A DNA stretch of 64,000 nucleotides, from the NCBI RefSeq assembly GCF_003018115.1, contig NZ_CP027457.1; one strand, 5' to 3'. How positions within the stretch are numbered: the stretch's first letter is position 1; every line of letters begins with the position of its first letter. The DNA is from Escherichia coli. Lineage in GTDB: Bacteria > Pseudomonadota > Gammaproteobacteria > Enterobacterales > Enterobacteriaceae. Below the pieces are notes generated by a model. The model saw only the letters and a program-made list of their open reading frames with translations. It did not search any database and was not told the DNA's origin. Positions 18,665 to 33,127 of this stretch are shown in pieces. A program made the position numbers and the translations under genes.

Positions 18665-20022
18665 TGAAAAGATTATCTATAACCGTCCGTTTAACCTTGC
18701 TTTTTATATTGCTGCTGTCTGTTGCTGGCGCTGGAATTGTATGGACTCTCTATAATGGCCTGGCAAATGAGTTGAAATGGCGCGATGATACAACACTCAT
18801 TAACCGGACAGCACAGATCAAGCAGTTGTTAATTGATGGGGTAAATCCAGATACGTTACCTGTGTACTTTAACCGGATGATGGATGTTAGTCAGGATATC
18901 TTGATCATTCATGGTGATAGCATCAATAAAATTGTTAACCGGACAAATGTCAGTGATGGCATGTTAAATAACATACCTGCTAGTGAGACAATCAGCGCAG
19001 CTGGCATTTACAGAAGCATTATTAATGATACAGAGATAGATGCTTTACGAATTAATATTGATGAAGTTTCGCCATCATTAACGGTTACTGTGGCTAAATT
19101 GGCTTCAGCCAGACATAACATGCTTGAACAGTATAAAATCAATAGCATTATAATTTGCATTGTCGCCATTATACTGTGCTCAGTATTAAGTCCGCTGTTA
19201 ATCCGGACGGGGTTACGAGAGATCAAAAAGTTGAGTGGTGTAACGGAAGCGCTGAATTATAACGATAGCCGAGAGCCTGTTGAGGTTAGCGCATTACCGA
19301 GAGAACTAAAACCTCTTGGGCAGGCGTTGAATAAAATGCATCATGCTTTAGTCAAAGATTTTGAGCGTCTAAGTCAGTTTGCTGACGATCTCGCTCATGA
19401 ACTTAGAACGCCAATTAATGCATTACTGGGTCAGAATCAGGTTACGCTCAGTCAAACCAGAAGTATCGCTGAATATCAAAAAACAATTGCCGGAAACATT
19501 GAAGAGCTGGAAAATATTTCGCGGTTAACAGAGAACATACTGTTTCTTGCCAGGGCAGATAAAAACAATGTTTTGGTGAAACTGGACTCGCTTTCTCTCA
19601 ATAAGGAAGTCGAAAATTTGTTGGACTATCTTGAATACCTTTCAGACGAGAAAGAGATTTGCTTTAAGGTCGAGTGCAATCAGCAAATCTTTGCGGATAA
19701 AATTTTACTACAACGAATGTTATCGAATCTTATTGTTAACGCTATTCGATATTCGCCAGAAAAATCGCGTATTCATATAACCAGTTTTCTTGATACCAAC
19801 AGCTATCTTAATATTGATATCGCCAGCCCTGGAACGAAAATTAATGAGCCTGAAAAACTCTTCCGTAGATTTTGGCGGGGAGATAATTCGCGTCATTCCG
19901 TAGGTCAGGGACTAGGCCTTTCTTTAGTCAAAGCGATTGCCGAATTACATGGGGGAAGTGCTACGTATCACTATCTCAATAAGCATAATGTGTTCCGGAT
20001 TACGTTGCCGCAAAGAAATTAA
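18664..20022 (+). CDS. hprS: Two-component sensor histidine kinase (452 aa)
   Basis: TM regions, HAMP, H-box (DLAHELRTPINAL) and ATPase motifs; start overlaps the hprR stop. Confidence 0.85.
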   Translation: MKRLSITVRLTLLFILLLSVAGAGIVWTLYNGLANELKWRDDTTLINRTAQIKQLLIDGVNPDTLPVYFNRMMDVSQDILIIHGDSINKIVNRTNVSDGMLNNIPASETISAAGIYRSIINDTEIDALRINIDEVSPSLTVTVAKLASARHNMLEQYKINSIIICIVAIILCSVLSPLLIRTGLREIKKLSGVTEALNYNDSREPVEVSALPRELKPLGQALNKMHHALVKDFERLSQFADDLAHELRTPINALLGQNQVTLSQTRSIAEYQKTIAGNIEELENISRLTENILFLARADKNNVLVKLDSLSLNKEVENLLDYLEYLSDEKEICFKVECNQQIFADKILLQRMLSNLIVNAIRYSPEKSRIHITSFLDTNSYLNIDIASPGTKINEPEKLFRRFWRGDNSRHSVGQGLGLSLVKAIAELHGGSATYHYLNKHNVFRITLPQRN

Positions 20023-20118
20023 CATAGGCTTCAGTACGCCCGTTAAAAAACGCAGCCACGTCGTGAGTACTAACGCGGCTGCGATTGATTATGCGCTTAC
20101 ATTCAAACGTAACAGGGA

Positions 20119-20970
20119 TTAACCCGCGTAAGCTGCCAGCATTTCCTGCGCCGCCAGTTTACCCAACGCATTCGCTGCAAAAGGACTGTCGCCGGTGAAA
20201 AGTTTACGGTCCTTATGTACTCGCCCGGTGATGTCGTCATTAATGATGTTCATGCCCATTTTCTTCAGCTCTTCGCCGAAGTACCAGGTGAGATGACCCG
20301 GCATATAGCCAATCTCTGGCGTTTGTTTGTCTGCGGCGTCTGGGAATGCGCAAATGGAATAACCATTCAGTGGGTTATCGCCGTGGCGAAGCGCCAGAAA
20401 AGCCGCCGGGCCGTGGCAAAGGGAGATAACAAAACGGTCATTTTTGATTGCCCACTGTAAAGCGGCAGCTACGTCCTGGCTTTCAGGTAAACCAATAAGT
20501 GCGCCATGACCACCAGGAACAAAGATTGCTGCATATTCGCTATCAGCGTTGAGGCTGGCGACAACATCCGCGAGTTTCTTCGGATTGCGGAACAACGATT
20601 TATGCTGCTCAAAGAATGGCATTACTTTTTCATCTTTGTGCGGCATAGCCCAGTATTCAAACTTGGTCATCAGACCGGAAATGGTCGCCACTTCGAATTC
20701 GAAACCTGCAGCATGGAGATGATACAACGGCAGCAACGTTTCAATCGGATGGTTACCGGTCGAGAACAGCTTTCCGTTATCGGTCGGCAAATAACGTTCG
20801 TCCGCGGCGATCACCAGAATTTTATGTTTACCGCGATACGGTTTTGGATAGTCCACGCCATCAAGATCAGAGACAGGACTGGTATATTGGCTAAGCGAAT
20901 ATTCTGAAGGGAAGAATGCATTATCTTCAGCAATATCGACCTGCGGATTTTTACTTGTTTGAACAGTCAT
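20119..20970 (-). CDS. hchA: Hsp31 glyoxalase III / molecular chaperone (283 aa)
   Basis: DJ-1/PfpI family with catalytic Cys context (ISLCHGPAAFL); full-length agreement with recalled HchA. Confidence 0.9.
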   Translation of the reverse strand: MTVQTSKNPQVDIAEDNAFFPSEYSLSQYTSPVSDLDGVDYPKPYRGKHKILVIAADERYLPTDNGKLFSTGNHPIETLLPLYHLHAAGFEFEVATISGLMTKFEYWAMPHKDEKVMPFFEQHKSLFRNPKKLADVVASLNADSEYAAIFVPGGHGALIGLPESQDVAAALQWAIKNDRFVISLCHGPAAFLALRHGDNPLNGYSICAFPDAADKQTPEIGYMPGHLTWYFGEELKKMGMNIINDDITGRVHKDRKLFTGDSPFAANALGKLAAQEMLAAYAG

Positions 20971-21482
20971 AGTGTATTCCTTATTGTTGCTTAGTTAGGG
21001 TAGTCACTATATTTGCGACTGAGCTGGTCGCTATTTTTAACCAGGCTGGAAAATTGAGTCAATATATCGAAAGCGGTAGTCGGCGGGTGTAAGTATGTAA
21101 TGATGATGCTGCACTGGTGTTGAATATTATTCACGCCAAATTTTCCTTATTGAGCAACGTCGTCGCAAGTGGCCTCAATGATTTTAGACCATTATCAAAG
21201 GTACGGGGCGGCGGGGAGAGATTTAGTGCTGTGGAATATTGTGGTGCTGATGAATATTTATATCCCGGATTGGTAGAGAAAAAGCTTTTTCCATGCACTA
21301 TTTTTGCAAATATTTCTATATGGGAGGCGTGTTTGTTGCGGATTAATTCATAAAGAAATGTATTTGGAGTGTTGGCTGGAAGAGTAGCTGGTAGAAGATA
21401 TTGTGCCAGGAGGGGCAGGGTAAGGGGCTGTATCGATATGCATTGACAATTGCGTGTGCCGGAGATGGAGATGAAATGCCAA

Positions 21483-21519
21483 TAAAAAAGCCTGAGTTCG
21501 ATGAGGGACGAACTCAGGC
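21483..21519 (-). terminator. Rho-independent terminator downstream of yedS
   Basis: On the minus strand, GC-rich hairpin GCCTGAGTTCG...CGAACTCAGGC followed by a T-run, just past the yedS stop. Confidence 0.5.
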
Positions 21520-21562
21520 TAGTGTTCAGTTTTACAGTAACACGCCGCGGCGCGTTGACTGA

Positions 21563-22756
21563 TTAGAACTGGTAGACTAAGCCCACAGCAACGATATCAT
21601 CGGTAGCGATGCCGTTTGCTTCGTAGAAGTCATCGTCGTTGTCCAGCAGGTTGATTTTGTAATCAACATAGGTGGACATGTTTTTGTTGAAGTAGTAGGT
21701 CGCACCAATATCAACGTATTTAACCAGATCTTTATTGGTGTAACGTGGGTCGCCGTTGCCGTCATGAGCCCAACCGCCTAAATCCTTACCTTTAGATTGC
21801 AGGTAAGCGATGGACGGGCGCAGGCCAAAGTCGAACTGATACTGAGCAACAACTTCAAAGTTTTGGGTTTTGTTAGCGATGGCTGATCTTGATTCACCAT
21901 TATCAAACTCGCCACCACCATATGGGGTCATATTGCGAGTTTCAGCGTACATAGCTGCTAAATACACATTATTAGCATCATATTTTGCACCAACAGTCCA
22001 TGCTTCAGCGGTTTCACCACCAGCATTTCTGTTGCTATGGTTACGATCATTTAAACCAACTCCAACCTGACGATCTGAACGATCAGAGTTTGAATATGCA
22101 GCACCCAGACTTAAACCGAAGTCGAAGTCATAGGAAGTGGACATACCGAAACCATCACCATTTTCTTGAGCAATGTCCCGACCCTTACCCTTACCAGAAC
22201 CTTCCTGACCGAATGGACCACCGTTTTCGTTATTACTCTGATATTGCAGAGCAAAGTTCAGGCCATCGACCTGACCAAAGAAGCCATTGTTACGGTAGGT
22301 TGCAACACCATTAGCACGACCGTTCATGAAGTTGTCAGCGCCAGCATAGGTATCGCCACCAAATTCTGGCAGCATATCGGTCCATGCTTCTACGTCATAT
22401 ACGACACCGTAGTTACGACCATAGTCGAAAGTACCATTCTGACCAAAGCCTAAACCTGCAAATGCCAGACGCGTTGCAGTATTACCTTTGTCGCTTTCAG
22501 TACCGTTTGCGCCAATGTTAAATTCCCACTGACCGTAACCAGTGAATTGATCAGCGATCTGAGTTTCACCTTTGAAACCGATACGGGCATATGACATGTC
22601 GCCATCGCTGCCAGAATCATCAGAGAAGTAGTGCAGACCCACTACTTTTCCGTACAAATCCAGTTTATTACCATCTTTATTATAGACTTCAGCCGCATTT
22701 GCTGCGCCAGCAACTAATAACGCCGGGACCAGCATTGCCAGAACTTTTCTTTTCAT
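21563..22756 (-). CDS. yedS: General bacterial porin, OmpC/OmpF family, apparently intact (~397 aa)
   Basis: Signal peptide [21 protein letters not shown], porin N-terminal motif [16 protein letters not shown] and C-terminal ...[18 protein letters not shown] upstream of ATG at 22756. Confidence 0.8.
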   Translation of the reverse strand: MKRKVLAMLVPALLVAGAANAAEVYNKDGNKLDLYGKVVGLHYFSDDSGSDGDMSYARIGFKGETQIADQFTGYGQWEFNIGANGTESDKGNTATRLAFAGLGFGQNGTFDYGRNYGVVYDVEAWTDMLPEFGGDTYAGADNFMNGRANGVATYRNNGFFGQVDGLNFALQYQSNNENGGPFGQEGSGKGKGRDIAQENGDGFGMSTSYDFDFGLSLGAAYSNSDRSDRQVGVGLNDRNHSNRNAGGETAEAWTVGAKYDANNVYLAAMYAETRNMTPYGGGEFDNGESRSAIANKTQNFEVVAQYQFDFGLRPSIAYLQSKGKDLGGWAHDGNGDPRYTNKDLVKYVDIGATYYFNKNMSTYVDYKINLLDNDDDFYEANGIATDDIVAVGLVYQF

Positions 22757-23321
22757 TATGTATTCCCTTGTGATTATAATCTTCATGAATATATCAATAA
22801 GTGCCGTTATCCAAAAAAAGCACATTTGGATACTATTCTATGAAGTTCATTTTATTTTAAGGATTGCATGTAACAAATGTATTTAAAAGATTTCAAAATG
22901 TTTCTAATCTATTTAATATAATTCAGGATTATGAATTCTGAATATAAACATTCATGAAGATTATAAATGCATATCAATATGTTATGAGTTGAGCGGAAAC
23001 ATAGGGGGTATCAATGATTGTTGCGCCAAACGGCTGGTGTGATCAGGCGCACATTAATGAAGGCATAAAAAAAAGCCGGCATCATGCCGGCCCAAAAAAT
23101 ATAAACAAGACGATAAAAGGCTAATAACGGTAGCATCATGACACAGAATAATAAAAAGGTATAATTGTAATCAGTGCTAATATATTGATTAAATGAATTA
23201 ATAAAGCCGATATCAAAGATAAATAAAATCGCTCAAAACGATTTTTCCTGTATTCACTGCCGTTGCGCAAAATTTATCTATTTGTTCAAAAAATGATTGA
23301 GTCTTGACTGGCTCATCCAAT

Positions 23322-23687
23322 GTGGAAAAATGTGACTTTTATCACATAATAGTACTAAGTCTGAATTTTCCGGGTTATCTCAAAATGGAATACGGTTCGA
23401 CAAAGATGGAAGAGAGACTCTCTCGCAGCCCTGGCGGCAAACTGGCTTTGTGGGCTTTCTATACATGGTGTGGCTATTTCGTCTGGGCAATGGCGCGTTA
23501 CATCTGGGTGATGAGCCGGATCCCCGATGCCCCCGTGTCGGGATTTGAAAGCGATTTAGGCTCTACCGCGGGAAAGTGGTTAGGGGCACTGGTCGGATTT
23601 TTATTTATGGCTCTGGTCGGGGCATTGTTAGGCAGCATTGCCTGGTACACCCGACCTCGTCCCGCACGTAGCAGACGCTATGAATAA
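23322..23687 (+). CDS. yedR: Small inner-membrane protein (two predicted TM helices)
   Basis: ORF ending ...LGSIAWYTRPRPARSRRYE; the exact start is uncertain (GTG at 23322, TTG at 23304 or ATG at 23385). Confidence 0.55.
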   Translation: MEKCDFYHIIVLSLNFPGYLKMEYGSTKMEERLSRSPGGKLALWAFYTWCGYFVWAMARYIWVMSRIPDAPVSGFESDLGSTAGKWLGALVGFLFMALVGALLGSIAWYTRPRPARSRRYE

Positions 23688-23726
23688 AAACTGCTAAGGT
23701 GGCGACTCTTTGGCAACGGAGCGCGT

Positions 23727-24422
23727 ATGGACTTACAACACTGGCAGGCACAGTTCGAAAACTGGTTGAAAAACCATCATCAGCACCAGGACGCGGCCCA
23801 TGACGTGTGTCATTTTCGCCGCGTCTGGGCTACGGCACAGAAGCTGGCGGCAGATGACGATGTCGATATGCTGGTGATTTTGACCGCCTGTTATTTTCAC
23901 GATATTGTGAGCCTGGCGAAAAATCATCCGCAAAGGCAGCGTTCTTCAATCCTGGCGGCAGAAGAGACGCGTCGCCTGCTCCGTGAAGAGTTCGAGCAAT
24001 TTCCGGCGGAGAAAATCGAGGCCGTTTGTCATGCCATTGCCGCTCACAGTTTCAGCGCGCAAATCGCCCCCTTAACAACGGAAGCTAAAATCGTCCAGGA
24101 TGCGGATCGGCTGGAAGCCCTGGGGGCGATTGGCCTGGCGCGCGTGTTTGCCGTTTCAGGGGCATTGGGCGTGGCGCTGTTTGATGGTGAAGATCCGTTC
24201 GCACAGCATCGCCCGCTTGATGATAAACGCTACGCGCTGGATCATTTCCAGACTAAGTTGCTGAAGCTACCGCAAACCATGCAAACCGCAAGAGGCAAGC
24301 AGCTGGCGCAGCACAACGCGCATTTTTTAGTCGAGTTTATGGCGAAGCTCAGTGCCGAACTGGCGGGGGAGAATGAAGGTGTCGATCACAAGGTAATAGA
24401 TGCGTTTTCATCCGCTGGCTGA
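23727..24422 (+). CDS. yedJ: HD-domain phosphohydrolase (231 aa)
   Basis: HD motif region (HDVCHFRRV...YFHDIV) and full-length agreement with recalled YedJ. Confidence 0.85.
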
Positions 24423-24488
24423 GCGCGTGGCCCTAAATGGCTGTAATTATGTTAACCTGTCGGCCATCTCAGATGGCCGGTGAAATCT

Positions 24489-25907
24489 ATGCAGGAAAAT
24501 ATATCAGTAACCGATTCATACAGCACCGGGAATGCCGCACAGGCAATGCTGGAGAAACTGCTGCAAATTTATGATGTTAAAACGCTGGTGGCGCAGCTTA
24601 ATGGTGTGGGTGAGAATCACTGGAGCGCGGCAATTTTAAAACGTGCGCTGGCGAATGACTCGGCATGGCACCGTTTAAGTGAGAAAGAGTTCGCCCATCT
24701 GCAAACGTTGTTACCCAAACCACCGGCACATCATCCGCATTATGCGTTTCGCTTTATCGATCTATTTGCCGGAATTGGCGGCATCCGTCGCGGTTTTGAA
24801 TCGATTGGCGGACAATGCGTGTTTACCAGCGAATGGAACAAACATGCGGTACGCACTTATAAAGCCAATCATTATTGCGACCCGGCGACGCATCATTTTA
24901 ATGAAGATATCCGCGACATCACCCTCAGCCATAAAGAAGGCGTGAGTGATGAGGCGGCGGCGGAACATATTCGTCAACACATTCCTGAACACGATGTTTT
25001 ACTGGCCGGTTTCCCTTGTCAGCCATTTTCGCTGGCTGGCGTATCGAAAAAGAACTCGCTCGGGCGGGCGCACGGTTTTGCCTGCGATACTCAGGGCACG
25101 CTGTTCTTTGATGTGGTGCGCATTATCGACGCGCGTCGTCCGGCGATGTTTGTGCTCGAAAACGTCAAAAACCTGAAAAGCCACGACCAGGGTAAAACGT
25201 TCCGCATCATCATGCAGACGCTGGACGAACTGGGCTATGACGTGGCTGATGCAGAAGATAACGGGCCGGACGATCCGAAAATCATCGATGGTAAACATTT
25301 TCTGCCGCAGCACCGTGAACGCATCGTGCTGGTGGGTTTTCGTCGCGATCTGAATCTGAAAGCCGATTTTACCCTGCGTGATATCAGCGGATGTTTCCCT
25401 GCGCAGCGAGTGACGCTGGCGCAGCTGCTGGACCCGATGGTCGAGGCGAAATATATCCTGACGCCGGTGCTGTGGAAGTACCTCTATCGTTATGCGAAAA
25501 AACATCAGGCGCGCGGTAACGGCTTCGGTTATGGAATGGTTTATCCGAACAATCCGCAAAGCGTCACGCGTACGCTGTCTGCGCGTTATTACAAAGATGG
25601 CGCGGAAATTTTAATCGATCGCGGATGGGATATGGCCACGGGTGAAAAAGACTTTGACGATCCGCTGAATCAGCAACATCGTCCACGTCGGTTAACGCCT
25701 CGGGAATGCGCGCGCTTAATGGGTTTTGAAGCGCCGGGAGAAGCGAAATTCCGCATTCCGGTTTCGGACACTCAGGCCTATCGCCAGTTCGGTAACTCGG
25801 TGGTCGTGCCAGTCTTTGCCGCGGTGGCAAAACTGCTTGAGCCAAAAATCAAACAGGCGGTGGCGTTGCGTCAGCAAGAGGCACAACATGGCCGACGTTC
25901 ACGATAA
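24489..25907 (+). CDS. dcm: DNA cytosine-5 methyltransferase (CCWGG), 472 aa
   Basis: C5-MTase motifs FAGIGG (motif I) and GFPCQPFS (PC motif), ENV motif; N-terminus [11 protein letters not shown]... Confidence 0.9.
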   Translation: MQENISVTDSYSTGNAAQAMLEKLLQIYDVKTLVAQLNGVGENHWSAAILKRALANDSAWHRLSEKEFAHLQTLLPKPPAHHPHYAFRFIDLFAGIGGIRRGFESIGGQCVFTSEWNKHAVRTYKANHYCDPATHHFNEDIRDITLSHKEGVSDEAAAEHIRQHIPEHDVLLAGFPCQPFSLAGVSKKNSLGRAHGFACDTQGTLFFDVVRIIDARRPAMFVLENVKNLKSHDQGKTFRIIMQTLDELGYDVADAEDNGPDDPKIIDGKHFLPQHRERIVLVGFRRDLNLKADFTLRDISGCFPAQRVTLAQLLDPMVEAKYILTPVLWKYLYRYAKKHQARGNGFGYGMVYPNNPQSVTRTLSARYYKDGAEILIDRGWDMATGEKDFDDPLNQQHRPRRLTPRECARLMGFEAPGEAKFRIPVSDTQAYRQFGNSVVVPVFAAVAKLLEPKIKQAVALRQQEAQHGRRSR

Positions 25908-26358
25908 GGCCACGCGCAGCAAAAATATGCGCGCGATTGCCACGCGTGATACGGCGATTGAGAAGCGCCTCGCCAGTTTGTTAACCGGGCAGGGCCTGGC
26001 GTTTCGCGTTCAGGACGCCAGTCTGCCCGGACGCCCGGATTTTGTCGTTGATGAATATCGCTGCGTGATATTTACCCACGGCTGCTTCTGGCATCATCAT
26101 CACTGCTATCTGTTTAAAGTGCCTGCGACTCGAACCGAGTTCTGGCTGGAGAAGATAGGTAAAAATGTTGAGCGCGATCGCCGCGATATCAGTCGCTTGC
26201 AGGAACTCGGCTGGCGCGTATTGATTGTCTGGGAGTGCGCGTTACGTGGGCGCGAGAAGCTGACGGATGAAGCGCTTAGCGAGCGTCTGGAAGAGTGGAT
26301 CTGCGGCGAAGGTGCCAGCGCGCAGATCGACACGCAGGGGATTCATTTACTCGCTTGA
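25888..26358 (+). CDS. vsr: Very-short-patch repair endonuclease (156 aa); start overlaps the dcm 3-prime end in a different frame
   Basis: ATG at 25888 inside dcm; protein [28 protein letters not shown]... matches Vsr. Confidence 0.9.
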   Translation: MADVHDKATRSKNMRAIATRDTAIEKRLASLLTGQGLAFRVQDASLPGRPDFVVDEYRCVIFTHGCFWHHHHCYLFKVPATRTEFWLEKIGKNVERDRRDISRLQELGWRVLIVWECALRGREKLTDEALSERLEEWICGEGASAQIDTQGIHLLA

Positions 26359-27267
26359 TGCGTCCTGAATAACTGGCGCAACTACGGGTTTTGCCGGGAA
26401 GAGATATTTTCCCAACGTTACCAGTACCACCGCGAAGACAATTACGCCGAGCGCCAGCCATTCAATCTTCGACAGTGTTTCTCCACCCAGTCCCGTACCC
26501 AGCAAGACCGCGACCACCGGGTTAACGTAAGCGTAGCTGGTGGCGAGAGCCGGACTGACATTACGGATTAAATACATATAAGCGTTGATGGCGATAATCG
26601 AACCAAACAGCGCCAGATAGCCGACCGCAAGGAAGCCTGAAAGGGAAGGGAGCGCCGTCAGTTTTTCACCCGCAATCATCGACGCGATCATTAACACCAC
26701 GCCTGCCGCCAGCATCTCAATCGCACCCGCCATCATCCCTACAGGTAAGGTAATGCGCGAGCCATAAACTGAGCCAAACGCCCAGCTAATCGAGCCGATT
26801 AAAATCAGAATCGCGCCCCACGGATTGCCGCTTAAATTTCCACCGCTATTGAGCATGATGATTCCGGCAAGCCCAATGGCAATACCCACCCATTCCAGTT
26901 TGCGCGTTTTAATGCCAAACAGGCGGCTGAAGCACAGGGTAAAGAGGGGCACGGTTGCAACCACTACGGCGGCGATGCCGGAAGGAACATTTTGATGTTC
27001 GGCAACCGTCACCATGCCATTACCGACAGCCAGCAATAACAGGCCAATCAGCGCGGCATTGAGCAGCGGACGTAGCGGGGGGAGTTTGTGTCCGCGCAGT
27101 AGCAAAAATGCCAGCAATAAAATACCGGCTGCCAGGAATCGAACGCCCGCCATCATTAACGGAGGCCAGCTTTCCACGCCAATCCGAATGACAAAATAGG
27201 TTGAGCCCCAAATGATATACAACGCAAACAGCGCGCCAAAAAGCGGTAACAACTGGCGGAAACGCAT
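26347..27267 (-). CDS. yedA: EamA/DMT family transporter (306 aa)
   Basis: Ten predicted TM helices with two EamA repeats; position after vsr fits yedA. Confidence 0.85.
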   Translation of the reverse strand: MRFRQLLPLFGALFALYIIWGSTYFVIRIGVESWPPLMMAGVRFLAAGILLLAFLLLRGHKLPPLRPLLNAALIGLLLLAVGNGMVTVAEHQNVPSGIAAVVVATVPLFTLCFSRLFGIKTRKLEWVGIAIGLAGIIMLNSGGNLSGNPWGAILILIGSISWAFGSVYGSRITLPVGMMAGAIEMLAAGVVLMIASMIAGEKLTALPSLSGFLAVGYLALFGSIIAINAYMYLIRNVSPALATSYAYVNPVVAVLLGTGLGGETLSKIEWLALGVIVFAVVLVTLGKYLFPAKPVVAPVIQDASSE

Positions 27268-27439
27268 AATCCCTCACGGTGGAAATAAAAAGGTGGTTCA
27301 TAGTAAACGTGAAAATCATTCTGCTGGCGAGAGATATAATTGCACTTGATTGTTAAAAAAATGTTGACCTGTGAAGCAAGTATCAGAGCTGCCGTTTTTG
27401 CTTCATACTTACACCCTTCAACAATAAAAATGAGAGGGA

Positions 27440-28357
27440 ATGCTTTTGGCCGGGAGTAGTTTACTGACGTTGCTCGATGATATCGCCACACTACTGGACG
27501 ATATCTCCGTGATGGGCAAACTGGCGGCGAAGAAAACCGCCGGTGTATTAGGGGATGACTTATCGCTCAATGCGCAACAAGTTTCAGGCGTGCGGGCCAA
27601 CCGGGAACTTCCCGTGGTCTGGGGCGTGGCGAAAGGATCGCTGATTAATAAAGTGATTCTGGTGCCGCTGGCGCTGATCATCAGTGCGTTTATCCCGTGG
27701 GCGATTACGCCTCTGTTGATGATTGGTGGCGCGTTTCTCTGCTTTGAAGGAGTAGAGAAAGTGCTGCATATGCTGGAGGCGCGTAAACATAAAGAAGATC
27801 CGGCGCAGAGCCAGCAGCGTCTGGAGAAGCTGGCGGCGCAGGATCCGCTGAAGTTTGAAAAGGACAAAATAAAAGGGGCGATTCGTACCGATTTTATATT
27901 GTCTGCCGAAATCGTCGCCATCACGCTGGGGATTGTGGCCGAAGCGCCGTTGCTTAATCAGGTGCTGGTGCTTTCAGGCATCGCGCTGGTAGTGACCGTG
28001 GGCGTCTACGGTCTGGTAGGGGTTATCGTGAAGATTGATGACCTGGGGTATTGGCTGGCGGAAAAATCCAGCGCGCTGATGCAGGCATTAGGTAAAGGAT
28101 TATTGATTATCGCGCCCTGGCTGATGAAAGCGTTATCGATTGTCGGCACGCTGGCGATGTTCCTCGTCGGCGGCGGGATTGTGGTACATGGTATTGCGCC
28201 GCTGCATCACGCCATTGAACATTTCGCCGGGCAGCAAAGTGCAGTGGTGGCGATGATATTACCGACTGTTTTAAATCTGATTCTTGGATTTATCATCGGC
28301 GGCATCGTGGTGCTGGGAGTGAAAGCCGTAGCGAAAATGCGCGGTCAGGCACATTAA
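27440..28357 (+). CDS. yedI: DUF808 inner-membrane protein (305 aa)
   Basis: Full-length ORF with multiple TM segments matching recalled YedI. Confidence 0.85.
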   Translation: MLLAGSSLLTLLDDIATLLDDISVMGKLAAKKTAGVLGDDLSLNAQQVSGVRANRELPVVWGVAKGSLINKVILVPLALIISAFIPWAITPLLMIGGAFLCFEGVEKVLHMLEARKHKEDPAQSQQRLEKLAAQDPLKFEKDKIKGAIRTDFILSAEIVAITLGIVAEAPLLNQVLVLSGIALVVTVGVYGLVGVIVKIDDLGYWLAEKSSALMQALGKGLLIIAPWLMKALSIVGTLAMFLVGGGIVVHGIAPLHHAIEHFAGQQSAVVAMILPTVLNLILGFIIGGIVVLGVKAVAKMRGQAH

Positions 28358-28435
28358 TACTCGCACAGGCTATTATGCAAAATTCGCCATCTTCAACTAA
28401 GGTGAACAAGTTTCACTCGAAAAAAGGAGGCGAGT

Positions 28436-28618
28436 ATGAGCTTTATGGTTAGTGAGGAAGTTACGGTTAAAGAGGGCGGCCCGCGGATGATTGTCACCGG
28501 ATACTCCAGCGGTATGGTTGAGTGTCGTTGGTATGACGGTTACGGGGTCAAGCGGGAAGCTTTTCATGAAACCGAGCTTGTTCCGGGGGAGGGGAGTCGT
28601 TCTGCGGAAGAAGTTTGA
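28436..28618 (+). CDS. yodC: Small protein YodC (60 aa)
   Basis: AGGAGG RBS upstream; sequence MSFMVSEEVTVKEGGPRMIVTGYSSGMVECRWYDGYGVKREAF... matches YodC. Confidence 0.7.
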   Translation: MSFMVSEEVTVKEGGPRMIVTGYSSGMVECRWYDGYGVKREAFHETELVPGEGSRSAEEV

Positions 28619-28788
28619 AAGGGTATCATTAACACCAGGCCGGATCACTTCCGGCCTGGTGTGCCAATGCCTGCAATGAATGATAGTCGCGTCTTATCAT
28701 GCCACCATTATAAAATTATCGCTGTTTTGCGGTACGCTATCGCCAGGTTATGCCAGAATCATAAAAAAGCAGGTTGGGAGTCGTCAGG

Positions 28789-31313
<2,525 letters not shown>

Positions 31314-31492
31314 TTACCAGGATGATTCTCAAAACAGCACAAATTATCAAAGATGATTTTTTCGGGAGCGATCCCGCTGACGCCAGAGCCACCAAGGGGT
31401 GACGTGCGTCACATTTCTATTCATAAGTAGCGTTAATCATTCATATGGCGAATATTTTCTTGTCAGCGAAAAAAATTGCGGATAAGGTGATG

Positions 31493-31579
31493 AACACATC
31501 AGATTTCCTGGTGTAACGAATTTTTTAAGTGCTTCTTGCTTAAGCAAGTTTCATCCCGACCCCCTCAGGGTCGGGATTT
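31493..31579 (+). ncRNA. dsrA: DsrA small regulatory RNA (Hfq-dependent; acts on rpoS and hns mRNAs)
   Basis: Sequence AACACATCAGATTTCCTGGTGTAACGAATTTTTTAAGTGCTTCTTGCTTAAGCAAGTTTCATCCCGACCCCCTCAGGGTCGGGATTT matches DsrA including its terminal stem-loop and U-tract. Confidence 0.85.
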
Positions 31580-31592
31580 TTTTATTGTGCAT

Positions 31593-31820
31593 TCAACGAT
31601 TCACTTCAGAGACGCTGAAGTCATGAATATCCAGTTCGAAGGCATCCGCCAATTCACGCCATGTATGATATTCACGTCCATCGACGCTAACGTGTTCAGA
31701 ATCGTTCTGGCTGCGATGAACTTCGCTTTCGCTAATTTCATTGATCGCCGCCAGCAGGGCATCGACATCGACGCTGACCTCACGTTTTGCGGTATCGCTG
31801 TACTCTTTTGCGGTTTTCAT
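31593..31820 (-). CDS. yodD: Small stress-induced protein YodD (75 aa)
   Basis: Sequence MKTAKEYSDTAKREVSVDVDALLAAINEISESE... matches YodD; the track ORF carries a short upstream extension. Confidence 0.7.
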   Translation of the reverse strand: MKTAKEYSDTAKREVSVDVDALLAAINEISESEVHRSQNDSEHVSVDGREYHTWRELADAFELDIHDFSVSEVNR

Positions 31821-31892
31821 CATCTTTCCTCGCAACCGTTACTCTGTTGTTGCCGCCAGTCGTTAAGTCCGCCTGGCATCTCTTAAGTATAG

Positions 31893-32171
<279 letters not shown>

Positions 32172-32214
32172 TCTTATTCAGCCTGACTGGTGGGAAACCA
32201 CCAGTCAGAATGTG

Positions 32215-32838
32215 TTAGCGCATGTTGACAAAAATACCATTAGTCACATTATCCGTCAGTCGGACGACATGGTAGATAACCTGTTTATTATGCGTTTTGA
32301 TCTTACGTTTAATATTACCTTTATGAGATGAAACGGTCTTGGCTTTGATATTCATTTGGTCAGAGATTTGAATGGTTCCCTGACCTGCCATCCACATTCG
32401 CAACATACTCGATTCGGTTCGGCTCAATGATAACGTCGGCATATTTAAAAAAGAGGTTATCGTTGTCTCTTTTTTCAGAATATCGCCAAGGATATCGTCG
32501 AGAGATTCCGGTTTAATCGATTTAGAACTGATCAATAAATTTTTTCTGACCAATAGATATTCATCAAAATGAACATTGGCAATTGCCATAAAAACGATAA
32601 ATAACGTATTGGGATGTTGATTAATGATGTGCTTGATGCGCTGACTGTTAGAAGCATCATGGATGAAACAGTCCTCATTAATAAACACCACTGAAGGGCG
32701 CTGTGAATCACAAGCTATGGCAAGGTCATCAACGGTTTCAATGTCGTTGATTTCTCTTTTTTTAACCCCTCTACTCAACAGATACCCGGTTAAACCTAGT
32801 CGGGTGTAACTACATAAATCCATAATAATCGTTGACAT
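32215..32838 (-). CDS. rcsA: Capsule (colanic acid) synthesis co-regulator, LuxR-type (207 aa)
   Basis: C-terminal LuxR-type HTH; full-length agreement with recalled RcsA. Confidence 0.9.
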   Translation of the reverse strand: MSTIIMDLCSYTRLGLTGYLLSRGVKKREINDIETVDDLAIACDSQRPSVVFINEDCFIHDASNSQRIKHIINQHPNTLFIVFMAIANVHFDEYLLVRKNLLISSKSIKPESLDDILGDILKKETTITSFLNMPTLSLSRTESSMLRMWMAGQGTIQISDQMNIKAKTVSSHKGNIKRKIKTHNKQVIYHVVRLTDNVTNGIFVNMR

Positions 32839-33127
32839 GGCATACCCTCACTCAATGCGTAACGATAATTCCCCTTACCTGAATATTTCATCATGACTAA
32901 ACGGAACAACATGGGTCACCTAATGCGCCACTCTCGCGATTTTTCAGGCGGACTTACTATCCCGTAAAGTGTTGTATAATTTGCCTGGAATTGTCTTAAA
33001 GTAAAGTAAATGTTGCGATATGTGAGTGAGCTTAAAACAAATATTTCGCCGCAGGAGTATCCTGGAAGATGTTCGTAGGTATTATTTTTCGGATAATCCT
33101 TAGGATAACATGATAAACATTACGGAA

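Noticed and set aside
21117-21353. 78-aa plus-strand ORF in the hchA-yedS intergenic region
   Set aside because: No RBS and no recognisable domain; it lies in the hchA promoter / yedS terminator region, so is probably non-coding.
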